A stretch of DNA of 58,797 nt, filler included, from Sphacelaria rigidula (GCA_964200075.2; 5 parts of 5 records of this genome joined end to end with filler, not necessarily neighbours in it); one strand, 5' to 3'; shown: positions 24,006 to 36,129, counted from the first letter of the whole stretch. The notes: generated by a model not told the origin, from the sequence alone. Translations and numbers: made by a program.

Positions 24006-25155
24006 GTGGGTTCGAATACAGACAGAAAGTCCCCTTCCGCAAATTACAACAGTAACAAGAGCGGAAGTAACGAGTAATTGCAGCATCCGCACGGCCGAGG
24101 GTGAACACCAACCCTCTCCGTAAAACCTGTCCTCCGGTGTTCAGGGAGAGCGCCACGCTCGCGCTACACCATCGACAGAGACATTGAGACCAGTTTCACT
24201 ATCTATACGAAAGATCCTTTCCGTTGCACAAGGATTCATTGAAATTCATCCGTTCTGTTAAATAAACGACTTGGCTGGAGTTAAAAAAGTTTAAATTTTG
24301 CTCCGCACCAGCGAACGTCTGCTCTAGAGTGCCAGATATGGTACAAACAGCACACCTAACTTCAGACAGTACAGTACAGTACAGTACAGTCCAACATAGC
24401 GCTGTGTACTGCACTGCCGCCCAGGGCATAGTGCAGTCCGCCGAAGATGAGGCTAGTTGCGGAAGCGTATCTACGTTATGACGGTCGGGTCGAATCCTGG
24501 AAGAATCAAATTTCGCGCACTGTGCACGTGTATAACGTGTATGTCTTGGGGTTTCGTCGGCCGTCACGCACACAGCTGATAGTGATGCTGTTGGCTTCTG
24601 GAGCGTATGTTCGGGACCTCCGGCCGGATTCTAACGACCGTAAACGCTGAGCAACATCTGCGGAGTTGACATAGATATATAAGTCTACTTGTGAAGCTGA
24701 ACGGTACTACAGTATCACGATCGAACGCTGCAGGCATCAGATACAAATATGATACGTCAAAACCACAGCTCCGTTGGTGTTGGCCGGTGCTGCGCGAGAA
24801 ACACACGATGACAGGCACGCCATGCCAAATGCACTGATTCTCAACCCTCCACCCACTCACCTCCCGGGACATTCCCTCCCTTTAGACGATAGATGTGGAA
24901 GATCCCCGAGACTCACACGCGGGATGCGACGTCTGGAAGCCTGCTTCGACGTCGGCGGGGCCAGTCCGAACGTTGGATACGACACCAGAATCGATCCCGA
25001 GGTAACAGCCTACAAGTCCCAAGTTGCTGAATTATTCTGCAAAGCACAATTGCTTAGTGTAGTATGCATCTGATTGTATGGCTCATGTTTCCGATAATGG
25101 CTGTGATCTCGATCGGAATGCAGGGCGCCGACATTTGTGCTTTTCGGGGCTTGGT

Positions 25156-25375
25156 GCACCTTAGTGACTCCGGCGCTCGCAATGTTAAACCTACAAGGCA
25201 GGTAACATTATACATCCATACATCGTTCATCTTGTCTCCTCCGGGCAGGTGGCGAAGCACCTGTATCACTCGGGCCTTCATTCCGCCTGCTTCATACCAC
25301 ATCCGTTGTCGAGAGTAGACCTCGACGGATAGACCCCGAACGTATGGTATCGGGGGAAGGTCTGAGGGCAATTGC
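25156..25375 (-). CDS. Putative Agenet/Tudor-like (Royal family) domain exon
   Basis: YVRGLSVEVYSRQRMWYEAGGMKARVIQV...MYNVTCLVG...PESLR fits the pattern [FY]..G..VEV.S...A.V..V...Y.V. A possible donor AG|gtgcac lies at ~25160. Confidence 0.4.
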
Positions 25376-28300
25376 TGGGGGCCACGACGGGTGTGGAGGA
25401 GCACTGCGAACGAGGCTGAGTCCTCAGTCCTGCGGGAAACACACGGCGACAGCACTCTTTACTGACTCAGGGGCGCCAGGCGCGACCGGTCATGGATCAG
25501 CTGTACGAAACCATGCCGTGGCAGTTGGACGCCATGACCGGCGGCGCGCAGGACGGCAGCAGCCCGTTAGTCCATCGGTAGAGGGAGGTGCGAGTCTCGA
25601 AGTCTCCAGTACGTCGGGGTTGGAAGAGGACACGCGGGAGGTGTCTCCTTCGGCACGGTCGGCGATACATGTCAACGAGGAGGGCGCCACCCCGCGCAAA
25701 AGCGGGAGAGCAGCCGACAGGGGATCCATGGGGGTGGGGCTTTGTGCTCCACGTCACGCGGCGAAGAAACGACGTACGCCACCGAACCCCGGGAGAGGTA
25801 CACCCGCGCACGCTGATGTGTCGACGTCAAGACGGAAGCGAAATTGGAGTAGTCGCCCGGAGATCAATAGACCGTGGGGAGCATGGCCCAAGCAGCAAAA
25901 GGCTGCACTATAGCATAGGACCAGGGCGAAGGAAGATGAGCTCAAGGCACTGCACTTTCCCGGGGCATCACCGACCCCCGACTCCCCAGGCAGTGCAACA
26001 CCAGAGCGTCCTGGAGGATCGCCGACAAGCTTCTCGACACCATCGGAAGTCAACAACAAGCGAGCCGGTTCGCCGTGTTCCTCAAAACCAACTTCTTCGA
26101 GCGAGTCTGCATCAAAATCGAAACGAAAGAAGAATAAGAAAAAGAAGGCCAGAAATTTGGCTAGCGCCGAGGTTACTCCGCGACCGATTTCTGGAGTCGG
26201 CGCCTCATCTACGGCGGCACCCGAAGAAGAGGAGATTGCGCAGGCGCCGGCGAACGGGACTGAAGGCGGGGTGGTGAATGATCGAGAAGGGCTGACGCAA
26301 AGGCTGAATTCCAGCCGTGAGAATCACAGCGCGCGTGAGCAAAGAGGTAGGATATCGACGCGACGGAGTAGTTCACAAGGTCCCCCCGTTCATCGCGATT
26401 GCTGCAGGAGGGAGCACTCGGCGCCGGCAGAATCTCGTCTCGTGAATGGAAGAAGGGAGCGTAGGGGGCGGAAGCGAGTCTGTGGTAGAGATGTATGTGG
26501 CATCACCTTCCCCCTCGTCGACGGTGCATGGTGCTCGTGCTCATCTTGCGGCCGAACACATGACCCTGCATCGCGCCTCTGCGCCACGTGCCACCGATCC
26601 GGTCCTGGCGAAGGACTCCTCTGGTGCCATCTCGGTAAGGCACGGCTGGCAGAGGCTCAGCTGTTCTTGGAGTCACAGGCGGACGGCGTCGGCGTCCACA
26701 TGCCGGTGCTTGGGCATGACTACCGTCCCAGTAACGCCTGCTAATGCGGCCGGGCCGATTGTTTTGTGCGCTCTTTCGAGCGTGAAAAGCGCAACAGCGA
26801 ACGGTAGAAGATGAAGTATTTTCGTCCGCGTTGCTCCACGCCTGCAACCGTTGGTCTAACCCCTAACCCTGTACTTGCTGAGCCAGATTTCATCAAAGAA
26901 GCACGCGATAAAGTGGTTGCCCACCTAGAGGAGGGGCGAGTCGTCAGGGTGGAGGACGTACAATCTTGGCTGAGAGAAGCTAGGAACACGGAAAAGGCTC
27001 GACCTGTTCTGAATAAACGAACCAGAGAGCAAGTGATGGCGATCATCGAGGCGGTTGTGGGGGGCGGCCTAACCAACGCGAAGATAGAGAAGTCAGCGGT
27101 GTGGGGGGCTGTACGGGCGATGGGAGACGGAAGTTTGTCTACGTTGTGCCTTCGATAGCGGCGCCCGAGGTTACCGTGGCGGTTGATATCCAACTTCGTG
27201 CTACGCGTGCCAAAGTGCAAGAACTCGAGCGTACCATTTCCCGCCTCGACGCTCAGCTCCACAACGGTCCGCCCCCGGCATCCGCGCTGAAACGCGTAGC
27301 AGCTGCAGGGTCAGCGGAGGAGAAAGGGACCGTGGTGATCGCGGCTAGATCTATGGTTAGCGCGGGCATCGAAGCTGCACATAAACTGCAGAATGTGTCG
27401 GGGACTAGGGATGACAAGTATGGTACTGAAATCGAGAGAACGACTCCCCCTGTGGATCAATTCTTGGTGCATTATGTACCCCCGTTACTCTTGGCGTTGA
27501 TGGACGGTCTGTGCCACCTAACGGTCGCGGGTGATGATCCCGAGTTGCGTAGTGCGGCGGTTGATGTTCCCATGCCCGTTGCGCGGGGTGGGGAGGGCGG
27601 AGTGGAGAACGCCGCAGGGGGTCGTGGTGATGGTGACAGACAACGGGGGCGGGGTAAGCCTGCTGACGGGGAGCGGGAGACTTCCCGCGCCAGCGCCGCA
27701 GGGCCTACATCAACGAAGCAGGGTGGCGTCTTGCGGAAGAAGGAGAGGAAGAGGAAGAAGGTTGGGAGGCTGTATATGCTAGTGCAAAACCTTCTCAAGA
27801 CTGTTCTGGGTCGGTAATTCAGAGCGGCGCACGACTTCAAGTTAGCGCAGGTGTTGAAAACACATGGAACGCCGGTGGCAGTAATTGATTATTTTTCTGC
27901 TCACGGATTCTGCATGACCGAGTCTATGCGATAAAAGCGCGAGCGATTCTCTGTGAGGGTGACGCTGGACAAGTTCATTTTGTCTCTTGCGTTGAGGTCT
28001 GCTGCTATCCCTTAGGACAACTGCGATTTCAAGCCCACGACGGCTGCTACTCGGGGTAAGGCGCACGTGGGTGCTGTAGCCGCCAGCTGTGTGACGTTGG
28101 AGACGTCACCTGGTGACCTGTCACTCCTTCAGGACCACCGCGGGCAAGGACAACTCGTGGCCGCGGATATCACGATGGGACCAGCGTAACAGAGAGACGG
28201 GGAGCAATAGGATGTGTACCTCTCCACCTTCGACGATACAGCATTCCGGTGTGCGGTAGCAAGGATCGCAGACGAAGGGGGTGACATCGACACTTACTTT

Positions 28301-31300
28301 GAGGTCGAACTCTGTCTTGTACATCGAGCACGCATTCAACCCTACCACCGTCGCTCGTCGGAGGTGAACATGAGGCAAGTTATACCGTCTCTCTCGGGGG
28401 AATGGTTAAGGGATTTTTCTGTATACGCTGCTTAGATCCCGCCCGATTTGATATTTTTTCGTCCCTGAATTGAAAGGGATTGATCTACAATAAAATGATC
28501 TCACAAGTGCCCTAGGTATGCGGGAATCCCCATGTATTCCGCGATCGAAGACAACCTGTGTGCAAGAACTCCGTATCTGCACGTCGCGATCGAATGTATC
28601 CACCTCCAGGCGATACCTACCACGGAGGGGGAGCCGCAGGTGTTCAAATACCTGTTCATGCAGCCAGGCAGCACCAAGAGCTGGACGGACTCAAAAGCCG
28701 TGACTGATCGCATTGCTGACATCCGCCGTGCGGATGAGAGGAGCGCGTCTGCGGCGTGCATGGTCGCCGGCGACGAAGAGACGTTCCGGTTCATGTGCCA
28801 TCTGATCCGAAGTAATCCCACCCAATTTCACTGGCTCCGAATTCACGTCGGTGACTGGCACCTTATTTATCACATGGCGAAGGCGATAATGGCGAGGGTT
28901 TGGGGAGCGGGAGTAGAGCACATCGCAGAGGCACTTGATATCGATGGGAGCAAAGCATCCGAGGCGGGCAACTACCGTACGGCACACCATACCATCAGCA
29001 TCTTTTTCGAAGCCATGTGGGCAACAACCATGGCTATGTACTATTCCAAGGTTGATCCCTGCTTCGAGACGGCGCAAGCCGCGGCGGATGCCGCCGCGGA
29101 AGCACCGCGCGCCACCGCAGCACCAGTGCCGAGACAGGCGGGAGCATCAGTACGACCATTGGGTGCAGCAGCAAATTCACCCGCTCCATCCGCCCCTCCC
29201 CACTGAAGTGCAACCTAAGGGCACGGCCGCTGCATCGCCTCTGCATAATGGTAATAGGGCGGGGCCTGCACTAGGCATCCGGCCAGCGGTGCCACGGTAG
29301 AAGCACCGGGCTCTGCGGCGCCGACAGAAAGCGCCAGCGTGGATCAGCATTCATCCCCACCACCAGCCTTGCGTCGTCGACATCCGGTGCTGGTGGAGGC
29401 CCGAAGTGTCATGGCGAGGACTGCACGGCCATGGCCACGCACGGCATTACGGGCGTCGAGAAACTGATGTTCTGCATCCTTCATGCCGGTGCGGGCTTCG
29501 TAGATTACAGCGAGGGTGGACGAGGGTTGTTTACATACGATGTTAACGGCGGAATAGCGTCCGTGGCGGGCGCCGGCGCCGGAGAGTCAGGTGGCGCTCC
29601 CGATGGTATACCAGCCGCCGTCAGCATGGAAGCATCCAGCACCGCGTACGCAACGCTGACGGCGGCCGCCGGCAGTGGAGTAGGGGCGGCCGCTGGCACC
29701 TCGTGTGCACCATCCCCCAGCCCCGAACCCGCGACAGCGGCTGAGCCCCCGCTTGGTGCAGACAGTTACAGCCCCGACCCCCTCGGCCAAACAGTGGAGG
29801 AGTTAGCGGAAGAGCTTCGTCGTATCGCCAAGAAGGTAAAGTTGCGTGCACGAAGAGAGGATATCTGCGCCATTCGTGCGCGGGTTCGGGCCCGTGCGAA
29901 AAAACACAAGAGCTTCCGCGTGTGGGAAAGCTTCGTCCTGCACTACTATCCAGCGTATATGGCGTTTCGGACGGGGCTCCGCACCGGCAATTTCCTTCTG
30001 GGACTGGCGGGCCTCCGCCGCATGGCAGCCATATCCTGTGTAACAAGTAAGGATCGTTACCAGTGGCTCGTTGTTCTTCACCTTATGTACACGGCACAGA
30101 TGCCAGAATCGGACTTGAAGATCGTTGAGCAGCTATTTTCGGTGGCGTTGCGCGACAACAGGGATTGGATGAGGATGGGGCTTGACGAGCGACAAGAGAT
30201 GGCGAACCGGTTCTTCGAAAAATCGTGGACAAGAAACCCACCACTGTGATGGAGAAGCTTGCTCCTATCACCGAATGCCGAGATGCGGCAGAGGGGGAGG
30301 TGAGGGAGAAGCTGTTCTTCGGAGAGGGTGCCGACCGAAACACCAAAAGAGAGATATTCTTGAAGCGCCAGCCCCATGTGACCAGGGCGTACTAGAGGCT
30401 ACACAACACACCTGCCTTCGACTGCTGCCGACATACCCCCCCCCCCCGAACCGGCCAAAAATGTGCACGGAGGCGCTGATCGTGAATTCCGTTAGCGCTG
30501 GTTTCGTGCTTCTCGACGCGACTCATGTGGGTGTTATAGCTGATTTCGGACTGCTACAACTCGGTCATGTGGGCAGAATCGCTGCGAATGAGCCCAATAG
30601 TGGGATCGCAGCCGGTTTGTCGCACGGTCTCCCGTGCACGTTTTGTGGGGGGGCTATCTCGGCATTAGTCCTTCACGCCCGCCCGCGCTGAGGTCCTGCA
30701 CGCGCTGGATGGGCGGGTGGTCAGCGGTCCGCAGGCAGTGGCAGTTCTGTCGTGCACGGAGGTGTCTGAGAAGAAATTGGACGATAATATCGCGTGCTAC
30801 GTGTTGGGCGACAAGACCAAGAAGGGCGCAACGAAGCGGGAGGTATATATACAATTCCGGCGCGGAATGTGGCCGCCAATCCAATAAGGAGTCAAGACCG
30901 GAAATCGGCGTTGAAGTCAAACACCAAGAATAACACAATGTACACGCAGGAGCTGCTGATCGCTTTGCGTGGAATTGTGGAGTTGCCCAACATTTCCCAG
31001 AAGGAGATGGAGGATATACTTCTCAAGCTCGGAGCGTCCGTTCCCTTCTGTATCCTCAATTCTAATGGAGGTGAGATATATGTGCCATCCGTCGGTGCTG
31101 CGGTGGCGACAACGCTGGGTTTCAGCACAAACGCTCCCCCACACACACACACCCTCAGCCACAGGCAAATGACAGTATGCCCCCGATTTTCGCCGCGGCA
31201 ACAATCACATAATCAGTGCAATTTCGATCACTTGTATTCTGATATACCCTCCGTATGTATTCCGATCGAGAAGATTGATGTTTGCGATTTGTTCCGTGAC

Positions 31301-34276
31301 CGCCTTCATATTTCTGCATGCCGACGCGTCGCCTCTTCAATCCTCTCTCACCATGTTCCTTGCTCAGGTTCGGGGCACTACAACAAGAGTCTTTCCGTGC
31401 AGTGGATAAGATTTGCCTGCCCAGACGCCGAACAACTTGATCCGTACTACGTCGCGCATAGTCACGCCGTGGACTACGCAGTGGAGGCGCACAGGGAACC
31501 TCCTCAGGCTGTCACGGAGGGTGGATACCCGGCAGTCGAAGCCTATCATGCGGGCAAGTTGCGTACTGAATGGACGGATGCCGGGACGGAGTTGTTGGTG
31601 CTTGCGTACGATGATCCCGACACCGTGGGTATCAGTAAGGCGTATGAGCAACGAGCGCGAACGGATAAGCTCCGAAAGCGTGTCACTAAGTTCCGCCCCA
31701 CATCGGCGGCTGCCCTTCCCCGGGGGGCAGGCTTCCAAGCCTTGCTGGGAAAGAATAACAAACATGTCCGGAACAACCTCGCCAGCGGCACTTTCAAGCG
31801 AGTGTTACTCGACAACTATAGTGGACCCTTGATCGTCACGTATGGGGCGAGAATACCTTTTGCCCTGAATGGCATCACGCCTGCGGCTCCGGCAAGGCCA
31901 AAGGGTCCGAGTCAACGGAAGCAGGGGGGGGGGCTCCGGCCACGGTAGCCGGTGGGTGAAAGTCTGTGGCGACGACGGCGGTCGGTGTGGGTGCCGCAAG
32001 TGAGGGCCCAGACAGGCGTGCGCAGGGATTCCGCGTTGCAGCGGCTGCGAGCGAGCGACGTGTGATGGGCAACACTGGCGGCGTAGGTGTCGTGAGCGAT
32101 TGGGCTGCAGAAGCCTCACATTATCCCCCACTGGCAGCGGTAGGAGGTGAACGAAGAGAGGGGAGAGCGGCGACGGTGGCGGTGGCGCACGAGACGGGGT
32201 GTGACGGTGTCATTGGCTGCGGGGTGGAGAGGGCTGAACACGGCAGTGATGATGAGCAAGCTGCCGGGGGGGATGGTGGCGGAAGAGTCGACAGTAGCGG
32301 GTTGAAGCGCCGGTGTTGCAGGCGCCGAGTTGGAGACGGCGGCCCGCAGGTCGAATTCAGCGGCTGAATCAGCCAGATGGGACGGGGGAGGAGCGGCGAC
32401 GGCGTCGGCGGCGGAAACTGCGGCATGCGATGGTGTCGACAGCAGAGGTTTTGTAGGGCCGACCCCGCGGACATATCTTGAGGCGGTGACAGACGGGCGG
32501 GGGAGCGCGAGTGCGTCGGCGCCGACGAATTCGCCAGGGGTGGGTGTTGGCACCCACGCGGCGGATCGGAAGAATCCGCCATCGTATCTTGCGGCGTTGA
32601 CTGGCCGAGGGGAAACTGCGAAGGCAGGAGACCTACGTCTGCGTAGTGTGGCGCTTTTCGAGCCTTTGAGTATTGACTACCACTCCCACCTGTTGTGGTG
32701 GCGTGATGGCAAGGGGAAAGACCAGAGTATCCATAGCGCAGCCGGACCCGGGATAGGTGAGGGTGAGATGTCGACAGTCCACTTTATCATCCACTCCGAG
32801 AGGTTGTTCGAGAAGCGCTTGAATAAGTGGCTGGCGACTTCGAACGATACTGATCAGTGGATTATTGTGTTGCTGGCAATGTCCTCCGGGTTTATTACGC
32901 CGCACGGCTCCGACGCAGTGCATGCAAGTCACTGTCAAACGCATTGTGAGCGGTGGACCCCGATACATCCTCGTGAACAGGGTGTACAGCGCCATCGAGA
33001 ATCTGAGGGACGGGAGTGAGAGCGCCTGGCCGCCCGCCGGGCATTATGCGTGGTTAACGCCATCTGTGAAGGTAGCACTATTCGTGTTGACCTACCTTTT
33101 GGCTGAATGCGACTTCCTCTCACACATGTCCGGCATTCCGTTCCTCAAGATGTGGGAATTCGTGCTGAAAGCCCTGCGGACTCCGAATCTGTTGGCAGCA
33201 CCGATACTGACGGAATAGGACGGCATCCTGAGAGTGGATATCGACGAGGGCGCGAAGCTGCTGGCCACCGTGTTCATTTTCAGATATGAAAACGCTTTTG
33301 CGCAAATCGCCACGGATCCGGGGCTTCTTTTCGCCACGGTTGGGCGGGACTTGGGGTCATACGTCAACAAGATCCGCCTGTGTATTACCACTGTACATGG
33401 TCACATGCCCTCTCGGTGTTGCCCAGACTTGGACGCCTGTCGGAAGCACGTGTCTACGTCTGACGAGGTATTCGAATACTGGGGGGAAGTTTTCAGAAGG
33501 AAATGCCGACGGTGGACTTCAACGGGCGCGGGTGGGGTGTTGAACCGCAGAAGAAGACTCATCACAAGGGGGGCATAAAACCAGCCAGGAGAGAGACAGA
33601 AGCGCTTACCCGGGATAACGTCGTGGTTTATTAATCAAGCCACACGCACGTTGATGGGTCCGGGACCGTGCGGACCCTGACGTGCTCATGCAACCCGGCA
33701 AACGCGCCGCAAAGAGACCGCCGCTGCCGAAATTGCAGGTGTTGGGGGAACTGCACGCTGAGCTGCGGTTGCCAGGGTCGCTGCTTGCTACCCCTGCCGT
33801 CCTCTGGGGCAACCGAGGCAACTACCACAGGTGATACCAACGGTGGAAATGGCGGTGTACGCGATCGATCTAGTTCTGCTAGGGGCGGATCCGCGGCGAA
33901 GCGTGGGAGGGGCAGATCCACAGCGAAGCGCGGGAGGGGCAGATCAAAGGCGACCCGCGGGAGGGGCAGTTCTGCGGCGGACCGTGAAAGGGCCAAGGCG
34001 AGTGGAGCGACCAACTCGTCGAGGAGAGCGGTCAGCATGAGTCATGGCGATGAGCCGCGCCGGTGCGACTGCGGGAGTGTGGTGGGAGAGGAGGGTCTAG
34101 AAACATCCCCGAATAGTCGTTATTGTCCCGACGGTGGACATGAAGACTACACCAGCGGCGGGTCAAGAAGTGCAGCCGGCATCTCGATTGGAGATTCCGA
34201 TTCGGAATGCAGCAGGTCGGAGACAGATGGCCCGGAAACGGAGGCAAATAAGAACTGCGATGATTTCATGTTTTGA
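25344..34276 (+). mobile_element. Decayed AcademX-like DNA transposon gene: transposase, XPG/PIN nuclease and CXC zinc finger
   Basis: Collinear motifs across stops and frameshifts: Cys cluster 26481-26630; AHDFKLAQVLKTHG..VIDYFSAHGFCM ~27827-27916; DNCDF 28016-28030; GDEETF 28769; GDWH 28850; FRTGLRTGNF...RYQW...QMP ~29965-30105; DERQEMANR 30184; XPG-N HAVDYAV (D at 31472) and LAYDD...SKAYEQRAR (D at 31610); XPG-I GEGE 32756 and SNDTD (D at 32846); H3TH LAECDFLSHMSGI (E at 33105); GW motif ~33530; Cys9 finger 33683-33784. TIRs and TSD not found. Confidence 0.8.
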
Positions 34277-35241
34277 TTGCGCCTAGCGGAAACATTGTGA
34301 ATATTCCTCATTGTAAATAATAATTCGGTTTGTAATGTGGACTATTGCATCTGCGTTATTCAATATTGTTCTCTGAAGGATGTGGTCATCGAGCTCGCTT
34401 CGTGTACATAGCATTGGTGTTCTTTGAATGGTTCAGTGCGGGGTTTGAGTTACAAGTGTGTTGGGGTTGGTGTGCTGACGGTCTTGGGCGAATCTCCGGA
34501 TGTGCGTGAGGGTAGGTATTGAACAGAGGATGCGTTTATATCGAGGATGACTGTAGATTCAACTCTGAATCAAACCACGATCTCCAAGTTTGTATTTTGT
34601 CAATCTTACACGCGCCTTACCATTGCACAGTCATCGGCGCGAGTCTGTGGCTGGTATGAGCGGTGGTCCGACACCGAGCGAACAGCCGGCAATCGTTGCT
34701 GCGACAAGTTGTGATGAACGCTGCGGGGGGGAAGTCTGGACGCGTTCTTCGCTGCTTTCTCTTCAACAAGGTTCATACTTAGCCACTCTATAGCGCAGCG
34801 GATGGTCGATGTCATCACCTTACCTCCAAATCGTACTACAGTCCCCCTTCGGCAGCACCGCCCCTTTTTGATGCGGAGGAGTAAAGGTATCGCAGATGGC
34901 GGATTTTATCGGCGTAGTATATTTGTGCGCGTACGTTATTTGCACGGCGGTTCCCCAAGCACCCCGCACGCGCCGTCCCGGCGACAATGGCATGCATATA
35001 TTTGTATCATCATTCCAGTCGTACCATCGCGTTCATGTCTGCATGCATGACCGCGGGTCGGTGATGTCGCCGCAGTCCCCAAGGAAAGCAGGAAGTACTT
35101 TGTTTCAGGAGATCAAATCAAGAGGCCAACAAAGGGTCTGTCGAGAGAAAAATAATCGGACACGGAGCCCCCCCACCCCACCCCACACACCCCACCAGCC
35201 CCCCCCACGGTACCTGCCGACTCCCACACTCACAAGACCTC

Positions 35242-35341
35242 NNNNNNNNNNNNNNNNNNNNNNNNNNNNNNNNNNNNNNNNNNNNTTAATTAATTAANNN
35301 NNNNNNNNNNNNNNNNNNNNNNNNNNNNNNNNNNNNNNNNN
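35242..35341. other. Artificial contig linker
   Basis: Same N44-TTAATTAATTAA-N44 structure. Confidence 0.97.
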
Positions 35342-35449
35342 TTCATTCACTGATTGACCGCTTTTCACTCTCAATCGTATCATCTACTCTCAATCTCACG
35401 AAAACACTGTTAAGCGTGGAGATCGTCTCTCAGGCGCTTCAGCCAGTTT

Positions 35450-35905
35450 TGTTCTGGGCACCCTGGTCTGGATCCTCCCCCCCGACTAGTGTTCCGAATG
35501 CTGTTCGCTTCGTTAATCGTCCGTCCGGTTGTCTAGCCAGGGCTCACGCGAACAGCAGTCGCCGTTGCCGGACGAGTGCTTCGGCACTTTGGCATCCAGT
35601 CTTTCTGAGGGTCTGTGCATACGACAGCTGTCGGTATGTGCCGCGCACTCGGCGGTAACCCATGACTCGCAGGAGGAGCCTGTAGTGTACCTTTCGAAGC
35701 AAGTCATAGTGTTCGCGGCGTGGGGCCCACGTCATGCATCCGTATAGTAGGGCCTCCATCGCCTCCGCTTTCAGCGGTCGGACCTTGAGTCTCCATGGTG
35801 CTTTCGGTCAGTCAAAGAGCTCCCGGGAAAACTTCCTGATGCACGCCCACGCTGCTCTGCTTCGATTGTTGATTTCTTGCTTGAGTTCGCCCTCTTCGTT
35901 GACGT
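35450..35905 (-). mobile_element. RTE-like LINE fragment, same family as 14900-16800
   Basis: QEINNRSRAAWACIRKFSREL...KAEAMEALLYGCMTWAPRREHY...RQLSYAQTL, collinear with ~15490-15920. Confidence 0.9.
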
Positions 35906-35908
35906 CCC

Positions 35909-36129
35909 TTGGGTAATCTTTTTCGGCTAGCTGTGAAAACACCAGATCAATTCTTCGACTCTCTGAACGTTGACCTTTGGTACACTACCTTTCTGCTCAG
36001 ATCAGGACACTCCCCTAGTCCGTTTGGCAATGTTTTTCGGCTAGCTGTGAGAAAACCAGACCAATTCTCCGATTCTCTGGATGTTGGCTTTTGGCACATC
36101 ACCTTTCTGCTCAGATCGGATCACTCCCC
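35909..36129 (+). repeat. Tandem duplication, 2 x ~114 bp
   Basis: TTTTTCGGCTAGCTGTGA.AA.ACCAGA.CAATTCT...ACCTTTCTGCTCAGATC...CACTCCCC occurs twice. Confidence 0.85.

Noticed and set aside
25911-33218. Alternative genetic code (TAA/TAG read as Gln) making the Academ gene intact
   Set aside because: The gene also has several frameshifts, and host genes in this window terminate at TAG (5976, 37732).
23562-35241. Endogenous giant-virus (phaeovirus) segment or host XPG/XRN gene as the explanation for contig 3
   Set aside because: No NCLDV core genes were seen, and the nuclease is collinear with an Academ-type transposase region and a CXC finger, which host XPG/XRN genes lack.
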